Positions 14,254-26,325 of a stretch of DNA of 64,000 nt are shown in pieces. A program made the position numbers and the translations under genes. The notes below the pieces were generated by a model. That model saw only the letters and a list, made by a program, of their open reading frames with translations. It was not told the DNA's origin and did no database searches. This stretch comes from Lingula anatina (lineage: Eukaryota; Animalia; Brachiopoda), in the NCBI GenBank assembly GCA_051362555.1, contig CM120640.1:8370001-8434000 (forward strand), read 5' to 3'. Numbering within the stretch: the stretch's first letter is position 1; each line of letters starts with the position of its first letter.

Positions 14254-14333
14254 CTCTTCTTTTTAGAGGTTACTGCTTTGATAAGCCGCTTGGCCCAGGT
14301 ATGACAGGCCCAGTTGCCATGACAACCAGACAT
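14254..14333 (-). CDS. PDE4: PDE4 alternative first coding exon downstream of the UCR1 exon (truncated-UCR1 isoform)
   Basis: MSGCHGNWACHTWAKRLIKAVTSKKK + AG|gtaagt (consensus donor, phase 2). TATAAAA about 140 nt upstream. Confidence 0.7.
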
Positions 14334-14469
14334 AATGACGATGTTATTTGTTGTTGTGCAACTTTGTCTAAATGATCTTTCAAAAAAGTTAATAATTTTA
14401 CTCTGTGTTTGTGCTGTATTCTTCTGCTGTGGTGTTAGTTGTCTGAGGCCTCCCAGCAAGCTGTGGGTC

Positions 14470-14476
14470 TTTTATA
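14470..14476 (-). promoter_or_regulatory. Candidate TATA box for the 14254-14333 exon
   Basis: TATAAAA on the minus strand, about 140 nt upstream of the ATG. Confidence 0.35.
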
Positions 14477-17400
14477 AACACACACCGTGAACTGAACTGT
14501 CCTCACAAAACTGAAGTAAACAAGAAACTCCATCTGATTGTCCTCCCAAGAAATATACCAAATGGATTACAATCACAGATCAATTTTATATGTCAAGATA
14601 TTAAAAGGCCATTCATCTCCATTACAGGCAATTTACATGTTTTGATGACTTCTGTTCATTTATACTATTACAAAACAAAGGAAACAAACCAGGAATCGGG
14701 TAATCTTTAACTACTACTAAGCTTTAAACGGAAAAAAATGACATGAACAGCATCTACAAAAATCTCCCAGTGGTCAAATTTTGTAGTCCCCAAGGAAGCC
14801 TTAGAGGCAGTGATTAGTGTCATGTTTTGGCTTGTTCTATCTGGGATCAAAGGCTGGCAATTTAAGAAAAAATCTTGTTCTTGTTTATGAGATCATCTTA
14901 CCTCTATCAGTACCAAGAACAAGAGAGCATTTACCATGTTTACCTCAGGGGCAATGTTCAGAAAATAAACTCTTATTTGGACAATTTATCAACTAACATT
15001 TTCATCAATAACAACTGTAAACATTTTCAAACTGTGTTCTTGAGAGGTTTCAGGGAAAAATTAGAAAAGCAGCTTAAGTTCTAAATATTTTTTGTTTCCA
15101 TGTTCATTTCAAATAATCAGATATCAAGATGAAATCCCCATACTTTTCACAGCATTCAGTATTCATATCTTTAACCTCATGTAATTGTATTCAAGTGCCC
15201 TGTATGTGAACTGACTAAGCTTAGTAGCCTCTCCTAACCCAGGCACCACAGAGAAAACCTCAGAAAGGGATATGACACCATAGTGATTTGTTGATTTTAC
15301 CTCAGGGAAAATGTCACCTGAACATGCATCGCTTCTCATTACAATCTAAACCGCTATGCTGATGCACATTGCTCTTAGGTTTTAATCATCAAAGCTGAGG
15401 TATTTATATAACGTTACAAAACATTCAAAGCTTGTGGTTTTTTTTACATTGCTTTTGTGTGCGGTGACAATGATATCTGAATCTTTTTGACATCTTTCAG
15501 GACAACTGGTGCCCTGATGTACAAACCAGTGTATTCTTTGTTACTTTGGTTAGAAGAAAAACACAATGCAGCACAGATGCAGCTACATTATTGTTGGGAG
15601 GGGTCTCTAAAGGTGCACAGGGATTTTGTTGTATCAAAACAGTCATTCATTGTGTTTAAGTGGTTTAAAGCCCAGCATGTCAACAAAAGACCATTTGTAT
15701 AGTATCACATGGACACTGGTCAGTTTTAATGGTCATTAACCCTGGGTCGTTTAACTTTGCTAATTGGTGTTGATCACATCAGTGCACCTGTTCTTTAACT
15801 GCTGAGACCATTACTCACTTAAGGCAAAATGATGTGCTCAGGTGAGAGAAATGACCTCAGAGTTGGCCCTTAGCCCCAGATGTGACCCCTGAAGTGTGCC
15901 AAGTACAAAACAGCAGTGCTATATGGAATTTTACTATGTTGGCAATATGCAATGACCAAAGCTACAATTAATTGCCCTGGGATGCCACTTATTAACCAAT
16001 AATGAATTAATGTATTCTCCTGGGGCCAAATCCAAATGCTACTTTGGGTACTTTAAGGACAATAACAATTAGAGACACAGTCATCTGTAGTCCTTCTGGA
16101 AAGTATTTTGGCACCATGAAAGACATCTCTCTAGTCCCACAGTTTCTAGAGGCAATAAACACCACACAAATGATGCATGTTAACGAAGGTATTTGTTAAT
16201 GTTCGTCTAATTACAAAGTGAAGAAGCTGGATGAAGCTGTCTCCTAGTATCATTTTTTTGTAAATAAATTTATCAGAAAATAAAAATAGCAATCTTAAAC
16301 ATAAGTGTCATTACATGCAATGTCTATCACTGCAATTAGAATTTAATTGAAATAATGTCAGTGGATTAAATTTACTTCAAACTGGAGATCTCGAATGAGG
16401 AAAATCCATACACATTCCCTGCACAATGTAGCCGTCTTGTTTTCTTAACAATACTTCTGTTATCAGGACATATTGCCATGAATACTGAACAGATAATTGA
16501 TTTTCAAAAGTTCAGTTCAATTCTTGCATGATGAATATCCTGTTCGCTACAATATCAGCCTAACTTGTTAATTGTCTATTCAAATCTCGAAATGTAACCC
16601 TTTCCAGGGCAATTTGTATGAAGATGTGTGAGGTTGATATCACTTTTAACGATCTGTATTTAAACTGCATTTATATTTATTTTTGAAATATTTTAATTAA
16701 AAATTGCTTTCTCTCTTTTCTAACATGCATGCAGAACTTTATACACAGGATTATACTCATTTTGCCTTTTAAAACTTAAGTTGATTATCATCCTACTGAC
16801 TGATAATAAAAAATTGCTGCTTTCTTATCATTATTTTCTTTATTGTTATTTTATTATCATTATTTATTTATATATTATTAATTTTACTTTTCTTCACTTT
16901 GATATTGTCGACATTTTAAGACAAAGCATTTTCTATGATTTCATTACACTGATACAGCCCCCAAGTAAACATGGTAAATGTGATAAAAAAAAGTATGATA
17001 CCTTTTAAAAATTACTAACGATTAAAAAGCAGGCTCACCATACAATTAGCCAGCTGAAGGCCACTGGAAAACAGTCCTCTTCGGTGAGCTCCTTCAACTA
17101 AACTAACTTTATCCTGATCTAGTATATATCTTAATGTTTTCTTCCACATTATGGCACCAGGGCCCGCCCAGAGGGTGGAGGGGACAGTCCACGCCTCATT
17201 TAACCTGGAACTGTCCTTGGGCGACACAGGACACAAGCTGGTCGAAGGAAGTAGTTATCTGACAAATCTCCTCCTAGTGGCAACAGTTACTTTCAGATTG
17301 ATGATAAATTGGGTCTTGAATGCCCACACCTTCGCCAGATGCACATCTCTATCCAGAGACACTGAACTGTTACAACCTTATCACACAAATCAGTTCCGTT

Positions 17401-19297
17401 ATTGGTGTCATTTGTAAAGATGAACCTTCAGCATGATCTTTCTGACCACAAATACCCTATGTAAGTGCTATCAGGCACGTGCTCCCCCCCCCCTCCCCTT
17501 TCTCCATTATACACATCACACTCTTCATGATATATCTAAAAAGTTCTGATATGTGCACAAACCACCCCCTCCCCTAATAAAAAAAATAACAACATGCCAT
17601 TCATTCTCATGATGTCAACATAATCCCATTCATATTCTCTATCACCTAGAGATATCATTTTTTTCTAACACCTTATTTTTTCATATTTACTACTGTAGTA
17701 CTTATCAAAACAAACCACATATGTGATGTATATCTACATACTATAGTGGCAGGACCCTCCCTTCAAAAGAATCTACACTTAAAAAAAACAAGATTGCAAT
17801 ATTTAAACCATACAACAGATATGAGTTAATACTAAGAAAAGAGCTTCACTGTGCGGATTTCACAAAGGAAGTAAAACAATACCTTTTCCTCCACATATTT
17901 AAGTCTTCTTCATTCAGAACTGCTGGAACTGGGGCTACTGTAAACTTCATTTACCATCTCTCTTTCTTTCTAGCAAGGATGTAATTTTTCTCTTATGCAA
18001 ACAGTTTATATGGGGCTGCTCAACATAATTATCATCTGTGCAAAATACTGACAAAAGGCATAACAATAAACATGTTTACATATATGACTTATCTGATCAT
18101 TTCCCAGATAATCTAAAATCAATATACGTAGTTTAACTAGTGCACTGCATAAAGGTCATCGACCTAATAGCTCAATGTGTGTCAAGAATTGTCAAGATTC
18201 TTCACATTTTCATCACAATTCAAATATTTTTCACTCATAGGATCATCTTCTTTGTATCATAAATCAGAACAATTCAAGATTTCTGGTCCATCTTTATGGT
18301 AAGTGAAGAAAACAGAAGTTCATTTTACTGAGAAAAGGTTTGCTAAAATTGGTGTAAATGCACTCTACATACAACTTATTTGTGAAAACAAAATAATCCT
18401 TTGCTATAATTCAATAACAAAAATATCTTAATTATGCCAATGTATAAATTAGTAAAAATCCCCAATATGTGAACTTAGACATTGTGAATTTTTTTATGCA
18501 GGCTCCAAAGAGGAGCGGGGAGGTGGGGGGGAGAGGACTAATTTAACTTGGGTACAACTTAACCAACTTTGGGCAACTTGATAAATCTAAGTTGTTCATC
18601 AATTTCACAGTGACACCTGATAATTCTACAAGGGCTGCAAAAAGAGTCATCTCTTAACATCCCTAACTGCTACTCTTAAACATTGTTACTTCTAACAAAA
18701 TCCATTAAAATTTCATGCATTGGAAAGCACCCACATTGTTACTCTAAGTTGGTGGTTTTTGAGTGATGATTAGAAAAAAAATTGCACCTGATGCATTATC
18801 AATTGCTTAATTGAAAATCAAAAATGAAAAAAAAAAGCAATCCAGTGCAATTGTTTCCTTTCTTACCTGTACTATTACATATGCTTTGTTGCAATACTAC
18901 AAGTCTTATACAAATGATGTATGAGGAATGAGATTGGTTTTCTGCATTAGTTCATGTATAAAATGGAAAAGTTGTTTTTTATTAAATAATTTAAATTTAA
19001 TTTAGGAAAAAAGCATCTTCTTTGTTTAGGAACATGCCACATTTTCCACAGTGACAACGCAGATGGCAAAAGCAATTTCTGCATAACTTTATGTATAAGA
19101 TGAATCAATTTGTTCCCTGTAAATTATTCAGATTTAATTTCGAAAAAAAAAAAAAGAAGATTTGGCTCTGCCTTAAAAAGTACTGGATCTGCCTTAAGAT
19201 GAATAACCAAGCAAACAATTTTTACAAGTCGTTGACTATATTAAACATAGGAAAGGGAACATTCTATTGGGTAGCTGGCCTTAAGTGGTGAAAATTA

Positions 19298-19512
19298 CAC
19301 CCCATTCTCATAGATTAGATCGACCTACATTGGAGCGACCTAACTCCCTGGGGGTTCACGCTAAATAGCTGTCAGCCGGGCGGACACGAAAGTTAATTAC
19401 CCCTTAAAGCTTGTAGTAGGCGGGGACGGACACTTAAGGGGGATTATCTGACAGTAATCTAGTGAGACTCCCCGCCGTGATAGATCGATCTAAAAGTTGT
19501 GAGAACAGAGCC
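19298..19512 (-). mobile_element. MITE family A, copy 2
   Basis: Reverse-complement homolog of 3751-3965 (e.g. cgacctaactccctgggggttcac, ctgacagtaatctagtgagactcccc). TTA on both flanks. Confidence 0.8.
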
Positions 19513-21209
19513 TTAGTCTCATATCTATCAGATATTGTTTTGCATGGACACACAAATGCAAGTGCATGAAAGACACTAGCAGTTATCCAGGCATATTTTT
19601 TGGCCATTTTTATATTAATTCTACTGAATGTTCCCTAGTGGAAATAAAAACAGATTTATTTTTTGGACTGTGAATAATCCTGCACACTGCTGCCATCTAG
19701 TAGGAAAATCAGTCTGGCATGTCTCCTGCAGAACTCCACCCTCTATTGATCTCTAACAGCAAAGCAGACATGAGCTAGACTGGGTTAAAAAAAACTATGA
19801 ACATTTATTGTGGTGCAAAATACTTAACCTGCTGGGGTCCAAGGAAAGCCTTAGGTCCTACCATAATTGAATTAAAAATATTGGAATTCTGCAATTCTGT
19901 AAAAAAAGCTCATGTCTGAACTGGATGAATAGTAAAAACCTAAGGGCCTACTTTTTAACTATTAAGCAAATCTAGATCAAGTTTTAGAAAAGTTTTATTA
20001 CACCTATCTATTACATTTAATTTAACAACTTTTTTTAGTTCCAAAAATACTTTATAGAGCACTAAGAAATGGCAAATGAATACTGATATATACTAGATGT
20101 CATTCACAATGGTGAGACAGGTATGATATTCAAATTTCATACCTATCAATATTTTGAAAAAAAATTCCCAACACAAGTTTTGAAATAGTGCTTTGAATGA
20201 ATGACCCAGATGAAGTTAACATTGACTATTAGGAAAAAAGCATTCACCAAATATGTCATACCAGCTTTTTTTAAAAATCTCTACCCAATTGCTACATATG
20301 TAGCACTTTTCTTCTTGTGTCTTGAAAAACACTCTACCTTACCACAAAGACCAGTCTTTGACAAAATTTGGCTTTATCAACTGCAGTGTTCACTGAACTG
20401 ATTGGCAATAAGAGAAGTGGTACCAAAAAGCAATCTCTGCATATCAGTAGAGTACAAACATTAAGATATAGCATGACTTTCGACAGGTGTCTATACACAA
20501 AACTGGGCAGCAGGAGGCTTTTTACATCTATTTGTGTGTAATGTCTAACAGACAATGAATAAGATGCATAATCATGATGTTGCTGATTATGATCGAGTTT
20601 ACTCTTAATGTTATTATTTAATCACAACCATTGTATAGAAACATCTACATGTAATACAGGTGAAAATCTAAGATAATCTGATAAATAATAACATATCAAA
20701 AAAGTAAAAGTCACACACACACACATGCACGTATACACACAATTGTATAATTAAGATATATGACTATGGCGAAAGACAAAGCCTCTCGGGACTTCAAATA
20801 TCCTTTACAGGCCAAATGTGTTAGGTGAGACAGCACATTTCTGTATTCCCAAATTGTGACAGCGAGATAAATGTAACAACTATGCCAATTACCTGCATGA
20901 AGTAACCAACCTGTAAGCATCTGTATGAACAAGATCAGTTTCATCATGTAAGCCACATGGCTATCAAATCATGCATTAAAAATCAATGCATTTTTCATTG
21001 ACCTCCTTTGCATTTGTAAATAACAAGATCACCCACCTCTCTTTTGACAGTTGTAGATTATTGTTTTATGTCTATGATTCTGTAAACTATTTTTTGTCTT
21101 GCTTTACATAAAAAGAAACATTAACAGGTTGGTACTGGATGTCAGAGCAAAATGGTGAGCCAGTCACAATTTGAGAATAAACATACATGGAAAACAAACA
21201 TGTACTTAC

Positions 21210-21392
21210 AGTTCACTTGTAAGGGAAGAATTTCGAGACAGAGACTTGGGCGAGAGATCAAAATCGCTGTCAGATCTGTAGAGAAAGGACTCTCTGCGCT
21301 GTTGAGGAAGGTTTTGAAGTACCAGTCCGGAGGATGGGCTGGCTGCATCCAGGGGGCTACGGTTGGGGGAAGCACCATTTTCAACATCAAAG
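21210..21392 (-). CDS. PDE4: PDE4 (cAMP-specific phosphodiesterase 4, dunce family) UCR1 exon, phase 2-2, 183 nt
   Basis: Minus strand: tattttatttgcag|C TTT GAT GTT GAA AAT GGT...AGT GAA CT|gtaagt. Translation [60 protein letters not shown] matches the PDE4 long-form common region and UCR1, including the RRESF PKA site. This frame is not in the ORF track. Confidence 0.97.
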
Positions 21393-21845
21393 CTGCAAAT
21401 AAAATACAGGAAGATAAATACATGTGTTAAGTAGGATCCAATACAGTATCAATAGTGTACTAGTACATGCTTTTTTCTCCCTGTTGGTCGGTACTCAGAG
21501 TATGTTCCTCCAATAGGATTTACCTCAACTATTAAAGTTCATAAGAACTTTTCAGTCACATACACTGCATAAATTTGCAGGCCATAATACCAAGGAAATT
21601 AGGCTAGTTATCTAGCTGCTGTGTTTGAATGTGTTAATTTCAAATGCAAACATCTAGTCAGGAACACAGTAATATAGAACAAAGTTCTGAGGTGGGTTTA
21701 TTAGAAATACAGTTGCTCTGGAATTAAAGATACAATCACACTGAATAGTTTTAACTACAGAACTGTGGCTAGGTAAAAACTGCAGCCCAAAATGCTATAG
21801 AGATTGGGGTTAATTATCAGCTACCAATCCCAATGTCCTACCTGT

Positions 21846-21853
21846 TGACGTCA
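21846..21853. promoter_or_regulatory. Full palindromic CRE (TGACGTCA)
   Basis: Exact TGACGTCA about 450 nt upstream of the UCR1 acceptor. Function is inferred. Confidence 0.5.
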
Positions 21854-22163
21854 AGACATGGCTAATTAAACAAACCTTTAAAATGTTGGTTAAATTTTAC
21901 AACAGAGGTGGAAATTTTAAGCATTAGTGAGAGATGAATAAGAGGTGGTTCCTTAGTACATGAACAGTTTTATTTTTTTCTTTCTTATTTTGGTAAATTA
22001 CAAATGCCCATTCTAAAACTGTTCAAGAATCTTGTAATGTTGTGTTACATGAGGTTCTGACATTATCACAATTATGAAAAAAATTGAAATACTTTTTTCT
22101 TTCAGCTATTCTTGAAAATTCAATTTTTACACTTTCAAATATTTATCTGTTTCATTACTTTAC

Positions 22164-22396
22164 CAGTAAATACTAAATTGTCTTGCCACCTCATCTGGAT
22201 AAATAAAATATAATAAAATCACTTTTTTGGAAAAACTTATCATGGTACGTAATTGTGTTAAAATTATAACCAGGGAGCACTCCATCTCAATGGGGGTAAT
22301 AATGATACAAAATGTTATATATTGCCTATTATAAGGGTGCTTATTCTGCCACCTATCAATAACTGTCTGCAAATAAACATGACAATACATGTACAT
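22164..22396 (-). CDS. Weak candidate PDE4 exon just upstream of the UCR1 exon
   Basis: ATG ORF ends ...PDEVARQFSIY TG|gtaaag (phase 2). Alternatively a 31-nt internal exon at 22164-22194 after ttttatttatccag|. Confidence 0.25.
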
Positions 22397-22770
22397 TCAA
22401 GTAAAGGAAATTGAAATGTAATAACCTAATGTACAGTAGCGCATCTTCTTGTAGATTACTTACGTACGCTAAAATTAAGGACCTGACTCATTTATGATAC
22501 AACCTTATACTGGGTAATTACAGTGTTACTGTTCCCTTTCCCTTTTGGTAGAAATATATTGCCATGGGCTTCAATATCAAATCTTATATTATAAGTGTGG
22601 GTATCAGTCTGCAATCATTTATTATCATTTTTAAAAAAATTCCCAATGATGCTACTAGAACAGTAAAATACCATGGGAATTCGAAGCACATGTACTAGTA
22701 CATGTAGCAGAAGAAACTCAACGCAATTTGTGAAATATGAGAATTCATGGACTTCTGTACAACAGCCAGC

Positions 22771-22778
22771 TGACGTCA
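22771..22778. promoter_or_regulatory. Full palindromic CRE (TGACGTCA)
   Basis: Exact TGACGTCA, flanked by two agccagctg copies. Function is inferred. Confidence 0.5.
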
Positions 22779-23786
22779 AGAGCCAGCTGCCAAATAAGTT
22801 TGTGCTGTTTTAATCCATGAATCAATACAATTAGGTATTCAAAAATCATTTTTTCTTTTTCTTTAGCAGATAACACTGAGTTTAATTGGCTCATACATCA
22901 TCTGTAATCAGTAGTAAACCAGCAGGTGACTTCATGACTTTTCATTTTTTAAGCGTTTTTTCCAATCAATAAGGCAGCTTTATGAATAGGATACTAAAAT
23001 GTATAATGCTTTCTTTCTGTGTTATGATTCCCTTGAGTATGTGCACAAATGTACATTATACTTATACAGTGTGAATGTATGTCTTTCTAAATAACTGGAA
23101 TTAACAACCGACTGAAGAAATTTGTTCCTTTTGTCATCTCGTGAACTGGTATGCCCGGTAGCATGTGGTTCCTTAGCCCCCTGAGACAATGTGCTTGAAA
23201 ACAAGCTAAAGCCATGTACACAAAACAGACCAGTTTTTAGTTTTGTCTGAAAAACAATTACAGTTCTTTGCTGTGAAAGTCCGAACTAAATTGTTGACCA
23301 TATTCATCAAACAGCAGAAACGATTCTTACCACTGGCAACAACCGGTAGCCTTTGTCACAATTCAGCACTTTTATTTTAAACATATAAATAACTGTTGTT
23401 CACCGAGTTGTCTGGTTTTAAGAGCAAAATCCAACCTAATCTAACCTAATCTTTACCACATATATTTGCAGAAACCACAAGTGTTATTTAGGAAAGTCGG
23501 GTTATTTCCAAGTAATCTCCATTCACAATACTTTGTATACATTTTAGAAAAATGAAATTATCCATGGAAGTTCAGCAAAATGTAAAGAAAATTGTAAAAA
23601 CACAAGGATCGAATAGTACATGTACCTCTAAAATCCAATATGTGGTAATTGCATAGAGTATTGCTGAAAAGCATGGTTATTAAAGAGCACTGGGCTTTAG
23701 TCAATAAAATCAGACACCTGGAAGAACACAATATCAATAACTAATCATCTCCTGGGGATACATCCTTACTGACAAGATTTATTTAC

Positions 23787-24007
23787 CTGTTCCGAGCAGG
23801 AATTATATGTATATCTACTGACTTTGGATGCTGCCTCCCTTGCCTTACACAGACTTTTCCACGACTGTAACCCGGTTCACGTACATTACTCTCCTGGAAA
23901 TTGGATTTTTTCACTGTTCCTGGAATAGGTAGTGGTGCTGATTTCCCTGGCGAAGGTACAACCCCTCCTCTAGGGTTAGTTCTTATTCTTATATGAAACT
24001 TCGGCAT
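23787..24007 (-). CDS. PDE4: PDE4 alternative first coding exon (long isoform)
   Basis: 73-codon ATG ORF MPKFHIRIRTNPRGGVVPSPGKSAPLPIPG...HIIPARN + AG|gtaaat, phase 2, 2.4 kb upstream of the UCR1 acceptor. Coding-like composition. Confidence 0.7.
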
Positions 24008-26241
24008 TATATATGATAAAAGTTTATGTCAGTGAATTTTCCTTTTCTTTCTTCTCAATATATATCAACCACCGATTCCAACTTATTAGTTCACATGAAA
24101 CTGTTGGAACACGCTGGCAACATCATCAGAAAGGGCAAGGATGTTTTATACTTCCACCTGGTCTTCTTTGAGGTTTGCTTCAACAGAGTATCAACTGATA
24201 TTCAAGGGCTACTGATAATGACATTCAGCAAGTAGCAACCCCACTCCTAGCAGTTGAGGTGGTTCCTATACAACATGAACATTGAATAATAGCACTGGTT
24301 TGACTAATAGCTCTTTGCAAAACATCCACAGATGCATACAAGAAAGGTTTCTGTCTCTAATTACAGCTCTAAGGCATGTAAAACATTGCCTGCCAGACGG
24401 ATTGTCAGCAAACACATTCATCTAGGATAACACAAAAGAAAAGTGCCGTTTTTCAGCTAAAACACAACATAAAAAACAGAATAACTGAAGGGCACGTCTA
24501 CTACGTCAGCGAAATATTAAGTAAATGAAAATCATCCTTGAATCACGCTTTGGTGTAAATGTCGCAACAAGAGAACATATCATACCAATTGGTCTCCCAC
24601 CGATTGGATTTACGTACTCGAGTGCATAACTTCAGGTATGCCCTTCTAGAAACTGGGTCTGATCAGATTTACCTGTAAACAGGTACAGACAAATGTCAGG
24701 TGAACACAAACACAGGAACACGTACATATCCAAAAAAAAAAAAAAGTAATACACTTAGAACTACAAATATTAAATAGTTCTGTAATATTCAAAAACACTT
24801 CTGTGAAACGCAAGTTACGCAAGTTAAACCAAAATACCCTGCTACCAAATTAATAAAATTATAACAATCACTAGCTAAATTAATAAGTTATTACCTTTGC
24901 TGTGTAAGTTGCTAAAATTTTGTGAAAAATCACTTGAAAAGGAGATCTTGTGAATGGACCTAAAAGTGAGAATTAAGTGGCTAATGAAGGCTATATGTGA
25001 AACCAATCCCTACTGCATGGTAAAAAAATATAAACACTCCAATCAACCACTTCTTTCTCAGGTGAATTGCCCTACTTTTTAACATGTTAATGTATGCCCT
25101 GATCATGGCAATAAATCACAGGTAAGAACTAAAATGATACCAAGAGCATATAACTAGACAACCCATGGAAATGTACTGTGTGTACAGTACTGTATCCCAG
25201 TATTTAAAACTTACATCAGATTTAATCAATAAAGAACTGTTAGTCTAAGTGCATTTAAGAAAAGTTTGAGAAGGTAGGAAAATAACAATAGCAACATATC
25301 TAAAGAATACAAAAATTTATGCTATGACAATTAGACAAACTTAAATGCAAGGGTGCACAATATCAACCTAATCCACAAGAGATGTTATATAACCACATTG
25401 GTAACAACAACAACAATTGGTAAATGAGCATAATCTTAAATCAGATTACCACAATCGTCTCCGATTTCTTGGCGAAAACATTTTGTTCACTTGCCCTCAG
25501 CTCTGCCAGAGAGTGAGCTCAAACTACGTAAATCAGATAAATAAGCTGAACTTCCCCAAACATCAAACTGTATGATCAGTATGCTAAAATACAGATTTCA
25601 ATGTTGACATGCCCTTATTCATTGCCACTTCTCCTGCATGGACTCCTATCTTAAACATACAACATTTATTAACCAGTTCCCTGGCATGAAATAATGTGGA
25701 CATGTCAAATAACATAAAATGTTCAAATATCAGTCTCGTTACATTTACTACTGTCACTTCAGTATATATAGTTGTAATATGTCCTTCTTTAAGTCATCCC
25801 TAAGGGGCTGTTGACAAAAGCATCTTTATTAGTGTAAAAAAATATTTAGTCAGTTTTATTTACTTGCCCCTGGGGGTATATGTAGGTCAATACAGGTAAA
25901 CCAGCACATTTTGACAACCAAGGTACTTGGTGTGGATAAATTTGACAAGGGCATAAAGATATATGTGACTTCCATTGCAGCAGCCAGGATCATAAAAAAT
26001 TAACAGAACAGATTACAACATTTGAACTTAATAGCCTTCAGGAAGGGCACTGGCAGGTGGAAACCAACCAGCCTAGTTTTAAGGACACTTGCCAGTGTTG
26101 GATTATCAAACCCACTATGATTGACTGCTTTCAGTAAAAACTAATTCATAAAAGCTCAATTATACACAAACAATAAAACAAACATCTTGACTCTGCATTC
26201 TCTCTCACAAACACCCATTTCACCCTGACATACTGCTACAT

Positions 26242-26244
<3 letters not shown>

Positions 26245-26278
<34 letters not shown>

Positions 26279-26325
26279 AATAATAATAATATAAAACAAA
26301 ATAATAAATAGATTAATAAATAAAA
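26245..26325. repeat. (AAAT)n microsatellite
   Basis: Direct reading. A similar tract lies at about 26773-26820. Confidence 0.9.

Noticed and set aside
21142-21430. ORF-track proteins 21142-21423 (-) and 21152-21430 (+)
   Set aside because: They are shadow frames of the real PDE4 exon, which uses another minus-strand frame.
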